Assembly: GCF_963921235.1 (NCBI RefSeq) | Contig: NC_086108.1 | Location: 48,486,001-48,550,000 of the forward strand | From: Mobula hypostoma | Taxonomy: Eukaryota | Reading direction: 5' to 3' | Length of the DNA: 64,000 nt | Shown: one piece after another, positions 48,701 through 60,700 of the stretch | Layout of the letters: every line of letters begins with the position of its first letter | Numbering within the stretch: position 1 is the first letter of the stretch | Notes under the pieces: model-generated | What the model was told of the DNA's origin: nothing | Seen by the model: only the letters and a program-made list of their open reading frames with translations | The model's database searches: none | Translations under genes and position numbers: made by a program

Positions 48701-51700
48701 GTAAAGCGAACATTTGAAAAGCGGGGGACACCTGTACTGATAAGCTCCTAGCAGGAACAGCTAGAAAAAAATGACTAAGAGAACCCCGAAATGTTTTACA
48801 CCCACCCTATTTTTCTCTGTGTGTCCTTTAATGGACCCTTTAATTTGAACAATGTTCCCTTTAATTTGCCTTGAACAGCAACCCCCTCCCCCCTTCAAGG
48901 GACAATATAAGGTATTTGATCCAGAAACATTCAACCCAACCAGTCAATCCCAACAGCTATGGTAGATTTGAACTTCAGTTACATCTTATACTGTAACCTT
49001 TTATACCTCTGTCCTCCTCTCCCTCCCTTTCCCACCCTCTCTCTTCCTCTCCCTCCCTCATTCTCTCACTCTCTCACTTTCTCTCACCCTCTTTCACTCT
49101 CCCTTTCTCTGGCTTCCCTTAGATATAGCTGTACGTCCTACCTTCTAGTACAGTGACTTCCACATTTTTACCACTCTTTCTCGAGAGGAGTTTCTTCTTA
49201 ATTACTTTTTTGGATTTCTTGCTCACCAAAAGTCTCCCCACAGGTAGAACCATTCTCTCTGTATCCATTCTACCTAAATGGTTCAGAGTTCTAAAAACAT
49301 CTTTTGGTCACCAGAAACGTGTCCATACTTGACTGGCTTTGCCTTTTGAGTTTTGTACAGCATATACCAAGAAATTTTGTTACCCACAATATCCATCAAG
49401 ATCAAGTTTCTTTTAATTCACCTCATCACATATTATTGTAGGATTTGTCCAACAATGCTGAAAAACCATGACTGAAACTTAATTTCACAGAATTCATACA
49501 GGGCAAACCACTTAAGGGATGTGCAAACCAAATTTTTTTGGACCTTGGGTCTGAGGTTGGAGTCCTATCTCCAGGGTATTAAGCACTTCTTATTGTTAAA
49601 CTGTCTTGTTATTAGCTCCACATACCATTAATCAGTAGTAGTGAATACTTCTGAAGAAATGCCTATAAGTTCTTGAATATCTGAATTGTCCCCCATTTCA
49701 CAAAGTTTATATGCAGCAGACATGATGTATTTATATACTATAATCTCTTACCGTTGAATTGAATACCACATGGTGAAGGATTACTAATAGCATAGGCGGC
49801 ATCAATGAGAATTCTGCTTTTGTTTGGTCGCTTTGGTTTCTAGGAGAAATACTGCGAATGACGCATATTGCAAGAGGCCTGGACTCTGATGGGGCACTAT
49901 TACTGGACATTGTGGTGAACGGATATGTGTTGCAACTTCCCTCATCCATAAACCTTAATGTTAAGGTACAATAAGAAATGCATTATGATTTTTTGTAATA
50001 TGAGAACAAGAGCAACTTAGAATGCTAAGTTAAAATGCATGCAAATTCCTACCAAATTTCCAGTGCTGCGATGTGCTTAAAGCTGTTAAAGTCTGTCATA
50101 TCTGGAAACAACCAGTCAAGCACTAGCCCATCTTAAGCCTCAGTCCATTATTACTCCAGCATTTAAATGTTCAATTTGCAGGAGTGTGGTCCCCTTCATG
50201 TGAGGTGGCTTGAAAAGATTATGTTCCAAGTTGCTGCAAGTTCAGGCTAATAACATTTGGTAGGGTTTTGGTGTATGATGGGACAAATACCCTATGCAAT
50301 CTGACTGAGGAAGTGAGAAAAAGAGGAAGTACCAAAGAAATGAAGGGAAGGAAAACTGAATTAGCATAAAAATAGAGACTAAAGGGTGTGGTAATTCAAA
50401 TCTTCTCAACATCTTGAGAGTCTATAATTCTGTTTCATTGAATGAGAAGCATCAGTATGTGTTATTAAAGAGAGTTTAACAAGATTTTGCTCTTATTAGA
50501 CTTAAATAAAAGTGCCAGCTGTCATTTCACACAAAGTAGATGGGATAGAGCAGTGGTCCCCAACCACCGGGCCGCGGACTAGTACTGGGCCGCAAAACAT
50601 GTGCTACCGGGCTGTGAGGAAACGAAATGAGTCAGCTGCACCTTTCCTCATTCCCTGTCACTTACTGTTGAACTTGAACATAGGGTTGCCAACTGTCCCG
50701 TATTTGCCGGGACATCCCGTATATTGGGCTAAATTGGTTTGTCCCATATTTCCCCCACTAAGGTAGAGTGTTCCTATGAAAACTTTCGTGCCGAAATGGT
50801 GTAAAGCGAAGAAGCAATTACCATTAATTTATATGGGAAAAATTTTTGAGCGTTCCCAGACCCAAAAAATAACCTACCAAATCATAACAAATAACACATA
50901 AAACCGAAAATAAAAAACACTAACATATAGTAAAAGCAGGAATGATATGATAAATACCCAGCCTATATAAAGTAGAAATAATGTATGTACAGTATAGTCA
51001 GAAGGATGAAGGCAAAACAGATATGTGGGGGTAAAAATCAGCATGTACGCGCATGTGTACATCACATGCGCACGTCATGCATGCGCACACAGGTGCCCGC
51101 GCAAGGCTTCATGGTCATTGTAGTCTTTTCTGGGGTAAAGTGTCCCGGGATTTGACTGCTACTTTTGTCCCTTATTTGGGAGTGAGAAAGTTGGCAACCC
51201 TAACTGTAAAAGACACGTTGAAGTGAGTTTAACCCTACTTGAACACACCCCCCCACCCCCGCCATTGGCCGGTCCGCAAGAATATTGTCAATATTAAACC
51301 GGTCCGCGGTGCAAAAAAGGTTGGGGACCCCTGGGATAGAGGCATAAACAGGCCAGCAATTTGCAATGATTTACAATTCATGGATTACCTCATCCTCACA
51401 AGCTGTTGGGCAATTTTTAAATTAATAACAGTTTAGTGCTCAGATATGTTATACATTGCAACAAAGTTGGGGCTTTATGGTGTATCTGTACTGAAGCAAA
51501 AACAATGAATCTGATCATCAATAAGCACTACTTATGTAAACCTTAGCTGTAGTTTAGATACTCAAGCATAACAAATGCATGCAATTCTGTTGTGTTCAGG
51601 ATTACTCAGAGGACTACATTCAGACTGGACCAGGTCAAATCTATGCCTTCTCCACCAGGATGTTTACAGTAGATGATGCCAGCATACCATATTCTTGGAA

Positions 51701-54700
51701 TCACACCATTACTTATGATCATAATCAAGGCGGAATGCCGTTTCTTGTGGAGACGCTCCAAGCCACAGCCATTGAGGCAACTTATAGCCCACTGGATGAA
51801 ATTCTGGAGTACAAGGTTCATGCTATCATCACAAAAGGTAATGAAACAGAAACCTAGTTATACTTCGCACTGCTTTGGTAAAGCAGCCAATCTAATTAAA
51901 GGCCCTACCCACCTTGGACATTCTCTCTTCTCCCTCCTCCCAACAACAGAAGATACAAAAACATGAAAACACATCCATGAAGCTTAAGGGCAGTTCTATC
52001 CTGCTGTTAGAAGACTATCAAACAGTTCCCTGGTACATTAAGATTAAAATCAGTATTAGAAACTGTCTTATAGGATGTGAGGTTTGTTGTTTTGTAGCAG
52101 CAGTGCAATTCAAAACATAAAATTACTATAAATTGCAAGATAAGTAAATAGTGCAAAGAAAGGAACAATTAGGTAGTGTTCATGGACCATTCAGAAATCT
52201 GATAGTGGAGGGAGAGGATCTATTTCTGAACCGTTGAATGTGTGGGCCTTAAGGCTCCATTAATAAAGAGAAGTGGGCATGTACCACATGGTGAGAGTCC
52301 GTAATGATAGATGCTGCCTTTCTGAAGCACTACCTCTTGAAGATGTCCTCAATGGCCACTTGAGAGCCACAACAGAACGAAGATCATCATCCTCGACCCC
52401 GAGGGATAGCCACGACGACAAATGGTGGAGAGGTTTGTGCCTGTGGTGGATCTGGCTGAATTTGCAACCCTCTGTAGCATCTTGTGATCCTGGATATTCT
52501 CACAATGACCTTATTATGACCTTGCACCTTATTGTCCATCTATACTGTACTTTCTCTGCAATTGTAACACCTTATTTTGCACTCGGTTATTGTTTTGCCT
52601 TTTACTACCTCAATACACTGTTGTAATGAATTGATCTGTATAAACATTATGCAAGACAGGTTTTCCACTGTACTTTGGTATCCCCTTCTCTCAGTTCCTC
52701 CATCTCCACATGTGGTCTCAGGTTGAGGCTTTTCATACTAGAACGAAGGAGATGTCCTGATTTTTCAAAGAAAGGGGCTTCCCTTCCTCCACCATCAATG
52801 CTGCCCTCAACCACATCTCTTTCATTTCACGCACGTCTACTCTTACCCCATCTTCCCGCCACCCTACCAGCCTCCGCATCCAGCACATAATTCTCCGAAA
52901 CTTCTATCACCTCCAAGTGGACCCCACCACCAAGCATATCTTCTCCTCCTCCCCCACTTTCTGCTTTCTGTAGGGATCGCTCCCTACATGTCTCCCTTGT
53001 CCATTCGTCCCTCCCCACTGATCTCCCTCCTGGCACTTATCCTTTCGAGCGGAACAATGCTACGCCTGTCCCCGCTCCTCCTCCCTCACTACCATTCAAG
53101 GTCCTAAATAGTCCTTCCTGGTGTGGCAACACTTCACCTGTGAGTCTTTCGGGGTCATTTACTGTGTTTGGTGCTCCCATGTGGCCTCCTGTGTATCAGT
53201 GAGACCCGATGTAAATTGGGAGACTGCTTCACCGAGCATTTACACTCTGTCCACCAGAACAAGCAGATCTTCCAGTGGCTACCCATTTTAATTCCACCTT
53301 CCATCCCCATTCTGGTATGTCCATCCGCGGCCTCCTGCACTGTCGTGATGCGGCCACACTTAGGTTGGAGGAACAATACCTTATATTCCGTTTGGGTAGC
53401 CTCCAACCTGATGACAAGAGCTTAGATTTCTCAAACTTCCAGTATTGCCCTCAGAACCTCAACCGCCTTCACCATTTCCCTCCCTCGCCTTATCTCCTTG
53501 CCCGCCCATCTCCTCCCTCTGGTGCTTTTCCACCTTTTTTCTTTCTTCCATGGCCTTCTGTCTCTTTCACCAATCAACTTCCCAGCTCTTTACCTCATCC
53601 CTGCCCCTCCAGGTTTCACCTATCACCTGGTATTTCTCTCTCCCCTCCCCCCACCTTTTAAATCTACTCCTCAGCTTTTTCTCTCCAGTCTGTATCATCT
53701 CGAAATGTCGACTGTACTTTTTTCCATGAATGCTGCCTGGCCTGCTGAATTCCTCCAGCATTTTGTGTGTGTTGCTCGGATTTCCAGCATCTGCAGATTT
53801 TCTCGTGTTTGAGAAAATAATGGACCAATTTATCAGTTTCATGCATTTTAAACTATAAGTGGTCTTTCAATTTCTGGAATTCTAGTTATTGCTTTATAAC
53901 TGCAAAGACGAGGAATTCTGCAGATGCTGAAAATTCAAGCAACACACATCAAAGTTGCTGGTGAACGCAGCAGGCCAGGCAGCATCTCTAGGAAGAGGTA
54001 CAGTCGATGTTTCGGGCCGAGACCCTTCGTCAGGACTAACTGAAGGAAGAGCTAGTAAGAGATTTGAAAGTGGGAGGGGGAGGGGGAGATCCAAAATGAT
54101 AGGAGAAGACAGGAGGGGGAGGGCTGGAGCCAAGAGCTGGACAGGTGATTGGCAAAAGGGATATGAAAGGATCATGGGACAGGAGGCCCAGGGAGAAGGA
54201 AAAGGTGGTGGGGGGGAACCAAAGGATGGGCAAGGGGTATAGTCAGATTGACAGAGGGAGAAAAAGGAGACCCTGACTATACCCCTTGCCCATCCTCTGG
54301 GTTTTTCCCCCCTCCCCCTCCTCCTTCTCCTTCTCCCTGGGCCTCCTGTCCCATGATCCTCTCATATTCCTTTTGCCAATCACCTGTCCAGCTCTTGGCT
54401 CCATCCCTCCCCCTCCTGTCTTCTCCTAGCATTTTTTATCTCCCCTCCCCCTCCCACTTTCAAATCTCTTACTAGCTCTTCCTTCAGTTAGTCCTGACGA
54501 AGGGTCTCAGCCCGAAACATCGACTGTACCTCTTCCTAGAGATGCTGCCTGGCCTGCTGCGTTCACCAGCAACTTTGATGTCTATTGCTTTATAACAATA
54601 GCTTCCTTAATATATTTCAAAGCATTAAAGTTCAATTCAGTCTGCTGTTCTAGTGTTATAAAGACTTAGTAATGTGTTCTATTACAAATTCAGAACTATT

Positions 54701-57700
54701 TCACTTAATATTCACCTTTTCCTTGGCATACCATTTGTATTTTACTCCTGTTCTTCAAATTTCATTGCTCTAAGAGAGCAGATTTTAACAATAACCTTTA
54801 TTTTGAATGTTTTCTGTGATGTTGAGTCACAGTTTTTGATATTCAATGATCTGGATGCCTCCAGATTTAGTTCATTGTTGTAATGACAGATCACAATGGG
54901 GAGGTTGTCACTGCTACACAGCTCCATATTGTATGCTCTCCAGCTGTTAATTTTTATTCCAGTAGAAATAGGAATCTTATCTGAGCTTTTATAGATTTTA
55001 AAAAAATAGATACAGATTTAACTGTATTTTGTATTTGGGATACAAGTAATCCTTAATGTTGGAAATATAAAAAAATAATTACTCCGTAGCTTCACAAAAA
55101 CAATTACACCAAGACACAAAATTCTTGTCTCGGACAGATTTTTTGACTGAAGCAACAATCAGCCTGTTACTAGTTAACTGACCACAAATACCTAAAATAT
55201 TTGACAGAATTATTCAACTACCATACCAAATTTGATGGTTTGCATCAATTTACAGCCAATGTTGTTCATTTTTCTATGTTTCTATGTTTCTATGTTTCTA
55301 TTTAGCCAAGAAAAGCAACAAACTAGAAAATTACAGGCCAGTGAGCCTTACATCACTGGCAGAAAAATGACTGCATTAGTTTCTTGGGGACAAGATTTCC
55401 TTGCATTTGGAAAAGCATGGACTTGTTCGAGAAAATTAGTGTGGACTTGTACAGAGAGGCTGCTTGTCACAGATCTCATTGAGTTGACAAAGATACTTGA
55501 TGAGGGTAGGGCTTTTTGACAGACACATAAACAGACAGGAAATAGACCAAGTGCAGCCAGATGAGATATGTGAAATTGGCATCATGGTGGGCCAAAGGCC
55601 TTGTGCAATACTGTTCTATATTCTACAGGTTAACAGAAAGAGCGCTTTCACAGCTTTCAAATACAGAATCAAAATCAGGTTTAGTATCACCGTTATACAT
55701 CATGAAATTAGGTCACTAGATGCTGCGGGGATTTGCACAGGTGCTGTTTTATTCTGCCTTTCAAAGAATGAGGAAAGGTGTTGAGCTCATCTGAAAGTGA
55801 AGTATCACAGCCATTCATGAAGTTAGGTTTTGCTTTGTAGGAAGTACTGGTCTGATTGTAGGAAGTAATGGTCTGCTTTTAGGAAGTAATACTACCAGAA
55901 CTGACATGTATCCAATTCCATCTCTAACTTCAATCGGAATGGTTTTGTCACTCTTAAAATAGCCTTCCATAGGTCGTACCTGGACTTACGGTATGGCCCT
56001 GGATCACCAGTCTTGAATGCTACAGATCTAGCCCTCTACTAATTTCCTGGTTATCCACTTCCTTTAGTTTGAACCAGGGTATGTCTGTAAGTCCAGTAGG
56101 TTCTCGAAGGCACACACTCATCCACACAGGTTTTGAAGAAACCAGTGACAACTGTAGCATATTCATTCAGATTTGAAAATGAATCTCTGAATATTGACCA
56201 GTAACTGTCTCAAAGCAGTCCTGTCAGCACTCTTCCGCCTCCTTTGACCATGCCCTTCTGGCTCTCACCACTGTTACTGTGGTCTTTCATCTCTGCCTGC
56301 ACAGCGGGAGTCGAAGTACAGCCAGGTAATCGGACTTTTCAAAGTGCAAACGTGGGGTGGCATGGTAAGCATTCTTGTGGTGGCACAACAGTGGTCAAGT
56401 GTGTTGGCTCCTCTGGTTCCACAGGGGCGATGGCGGTTGTGGTTGTTCAGGGACTTCATCGAGCTGGCCTGGTTGAAATCGACGGCAGTGATAGGGAAGG
56501 TATCAGGGTGTGTTTCAAGCCTGCTGAGTACGTTGCTCAGCTTCTCCAGTACCTGCCTGACATTGGCCAGAGGTGGAAGGTACAGCACTGCCAGGGTGAC
56601 AGCGGAGAACTCCCTCAGCAGCCTCCACATTTATCATTGTGTTAAATGAGCATGTGATATGTTTGACAGTACTGTCTCTCCAACAAAACTGGCCAGTTAA
56701 AAAAAATACAATAAAAAGAGTCTGAAACTATGACACTGAAAAAAGAACACAATAGTGAAAATATAGAGCCAAAAAGATTCACTTTTTGGATATCTTCTGT
56801 ACCTCAGAAATATCACCAGTAATGCAACTATTTCAAAACATCAGCCTGTCTTCATAATGTACAGCTGATAGGTTTGCTATATATTTTCAGGATTTTCTGT
56901 TACAATTTATATTATAGCAACATCATTTAATATATAAAATAATTTTGTTTATATGGATTTAGAAAAAAATACCATATCAAAATATCTCACTTATTTGTCT
57001 GAGTCAAGCATTCTTGCCATTTGGCCAAGGTAAAAGACTGCCAAGATGAGAGGTTTGTCTTAACAATTCTCTATAAGTAGTTAAATCCCAAATTCTCCAA
57101 GACTAAAAGTTATTTGTTTCATGCAGGTGACCATAGTAACCAATGCCCGAGTGGTTTTGTTTTGGATTCAGTTGGGCCTTTTTGCTCAGGTGGGTTGAAT
57201 ATTGTCATTCATCTCAAAGGTTTTTCATTTGACAAAGATACTTTGAGAAAAACAAATGGGACAAAATCTTTTTTAAAACCTTTGCTTATTGCATACAGAT
57301 GAAGATGAGTGTGCCATCAGGAATCCCTGCTCTCACGTGTGCCACAATGCAATGGGGACATATTACTGCTCATGCCCTGAAGGTCTCACCATATCTGCTG
57401 ATGGAAGAACTTGCCAAGGTAAACTGTATTTTGACTGAACAAAGTTCAAATCAGTGTTCAACAGCGAAAAAAAATAAACACATTAAGAAAGTAACTTGGT
57501 ATTTCTTTTGACTCCCAATCCTTAAAACTTCAATTATGCTAATATTGGAGTCTGCTTTGGTTTACTGAGATGGTTACATAAAATTCCATTTCCAATTATT
57601 TGTTCTTTATTGGCTATGACTCACGCACAGAGCAAGTTAATTACTCTTGAAGTATAAGGAGTCATAAGGACACAATGGGTATAAGGACACAATGGGTTTT

Positions 57701-60700
57701 ATTTTCCCACACAATCCTTTCTAAATTTAGAAAACAAGAGGATAAAAATTGTGGGCAAGGCATCTATTATCACTAATACACCTTCAACAAATTTCTCTCT
57801 CTCACACCATCATTATTTTTCATCTACTACCCACTTGCCACATAAAAACGGAAACATTAAACAGTATTTCTTAAGGTTTTCTTTTCATGACAAATATTTT
57901 GCATAACCCGCCAACACCACAGTTACAATCTGGAAAGAGATGCTAGTCTTTGAAACACGTATGCTCGCAAAGGTCAGTGGTCCACTATTTAAAGAAGTAC
58001 TTTGTAGCAGATTCTTGTCTTTTCCATTGAAGCCCAGCACTTGCTGCTTGAAACATGTTGTCGCCCAGCACTTGCAGTGTTAAGGTCATTTCATGAGCTT
58101 TAGGGAATTTTTGCTGTCTTAAAATGCCCTTCTCTATTCTATCCCATTACAGCAACATTGAAATTGCCAGTATCTGTCAATGAGAAAAAATCAGTGGAGG
58201 AACAAGAACTTATTTTTTTTGTGTTCATAGTTAAGATGCACACTCCAAAGCAGGACGGGCAGAAATGTATTCTCTTAATTACTAACTTGGTAGCTATGAT
58301 TTTGCCAATATTTGAAGGGATAAATGGGGGAAAGCAATATATTGCCCAAAGTAGCTTCTGGTTCTGGTTTTAAGGTAAACATAAATGATGAAAATTTCAG
58401 AAACAAAGTTAAGCAGCAAAGCTGTTTTAAATATTTGACAATAGCTGATGGTCACTGATGGTGTAGAAATGCATCTTTGCTGACAAATATTCATCGATGG
58501 TATTGATTCGTAGTTCTCTCAGTATTTGCTTGCATTGATTTCAGAAACTAGATATCAGAAGTAGGATACCAAGACCACTTTTGTATCTGTTTATCATTCC
58601 AACTGTAATTCTTAATCTGTATGTCCTTCTGCAGACACCCTACCGTCCTTAATACCATCTTCCCCTCCACCTATCTTTGTATCATCTGCAAACTTAGCCA
58701 CAAAGTCATCAATTCCTTCATCCAAATCATTGACATATAACGTGAATAGAAGCAATCCCAACACCAATCCCTGCAGCACAATGAGAAAAGGCCCCTTTAT
58801 TCCTTGTCTTTGCATCCTGCCAATCAGCCAATCTTCTATCCATGCTAGCATCTTTCCTGTAATACCATGGGCTCTTACCTTGTTAAGCAGATTCATGTGC
58901 AGCACTTTGTCAACGGCCTTCTGAAAATCCAGATGAACAACAGCCTTGATTCTCCTTTGTTTCTCCTGCCTGTTATTTCCACAAAGAATTCCAACAGATT
59001 TGGCAGGCAAGATTTCCCCTTCAGGAAACCATGCTGACTTTGGCCTATTTTGTCATGTAACTCCAAATACAAAGTGGCAGATGGAATATAGTGTAGGGAA
59101 GTCGTGGTCATGCAATTTGGTAGAAGGAACAAAGGCATGGACTATTTTCTAAATGGAGAAAAAAATTCAAAACTTAGAGGTGCAAATGGACTTGGGAGTC
59201 ATCGTGCAGGATTCTCTAAACGTTAATTTGCAGGTTGAGTCAGTAGTAAGGATGGCAAATGCAATGTTACATTCATTTCGAAAGGACTAGAATGCAAAAA
59301 CAAGATTGTAATGCTGAGGTTTTATAAGGCATTGGTCAGACCACACGGAGTATTGTGAGCAGTTTTGGGCCTCTTATTTAGGAAAAGATGTGCCAGCATT
59401 GGAGAGGGTCCAGAGGAGGTTCATGAGAATAATCCCAGGAATGAAATGGTTAACATAAGAGGAGTGTTTGATGGCTCTGGACCTGTACTGCAGGAGTTTA
59501 GAAGAATGTGCAGGTGGTGGGGGAGGGATCTCATTGAATCCTTTCAAATATTGAAAATCCTAGATAAAGTAGATGTGGAGAGGGTGTTTCCTATGGTGCT
59601 AGAGTCCAGGACCAGAGGGCACAACCTCAGAATAGAGGGACATCCATTTAGAAAAGAGATGAGGAAAATGAGACAGGAGAATGGGGTTGAGAGGGATTAT
59701 AAATCAGTTACGATAGAATAACAGAGTAGATTCGATGGGCTGGATGGCTTAAATCTGCTCCTATTTCTTATGGTCTTATAAACAATTCCTCTACCTGGAG
59801 AGATAACTTGAACCTTCCTCAAATCATTGTGAAACTAAACCACTAACACTAGTCATTGTTTTTTTTCAGATATTGATGAATGTGCTTCAAGTGGTCGCAT
59901 TTGTCGTGCAGGACAAGACTGCGAAAATACCATTGGCTCATATCGCTGCATAATGAGGTGCAGTATTGGCTTCAGTCGGACTCCAGAGGGGTTAAGTTGC
60001 CAAGGTATTATTGTTTTACATCCCTTGAAACAATTCACAAGGAATATTTGCCACATTCTGGGTCTTGCTTTCCAGTGCACGTGTGGTTAAAGGGAGGGTG
60101 GGAAAATTAACTGTGACCACAATAAACAATCCATATTAAAATATCCCTCAAGCTAGTAGTTTATATGGACCTAGGGAAATGATCCAAACAGACAACCTAT
60201 CCATTCAACATTAAAGGAGAAAAAATGGAAGGAACAGCTTTGACAACCTGAATCAATTCTCCTCCATTTGTATTCATTCTGATTTGAGAAAAAAACAGTT
60301 TAGTTCATCGTTTTATTTTAATTCAGTTTTTCAGTATAAACTTATTTCTAGTTGGTGGCCATTGTTATTAGTATCTAACCAGGATGCAAAGTTCCAGCTG
60401 TGTCAACTACATTATAAAAAGGATGTGGACTCTTGACAGTGGAAGGTTTAATTAATTACTTTTTCTTGCCTATTCCTTCAGAGTGTGCTTTGGAGAATTA
60501 TCCTATTTCAGATGAAGTAGTAATTCTGCATAATAGAACTTTAGCCTCTGCAAGAGTGAACCAAGCAAACCTTGGCATACAAAATGAAATATTTTCTTTT
60601 ACTTTGTGCCAGATATCAACGAATGTCAAGAATTTAATCCTTGTCAACATCGTTGTCTGAACACCATTGGGAGCTACCGGTGTGCATGCAACAGAGGCTA

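Larger units (their letters stand above)
53901..54582. mobile_element. Penelope-like insertion arranged as an inverted repeat (arms ~53947-54246 and 54273-54580) with a 14-bp TSD
   Basis: TSD TATTGCTTTATAAC at 53887-53900 and 54583-54596; arms are reverse complements; homologous to the 3' end of the adjacent GIY-YIG element. Confidence 0.9.

Noticed and set aside
53894..54475. Pro/Gly-rich short ORFs on both strands
   Set aside because: By-products of the purine/pyrimidine-skewed Penelope inverted repeat.
55265..55300. (TTTCTATG)n microsatellite as a regulatory repeat
   Set aside because: Same unit as the CR1 3' tails at 20213 and 25745, so most likely an orphan CR1 tail.
55835..55890. 21-bp unit repeated about 2.6 times (TTGTAGGAAGTA(C/A)TGGTCTG); also a 17-bp duplication near 57664-57697
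   Set aside because: Short local tandem duplications without spacers; no sign of function.
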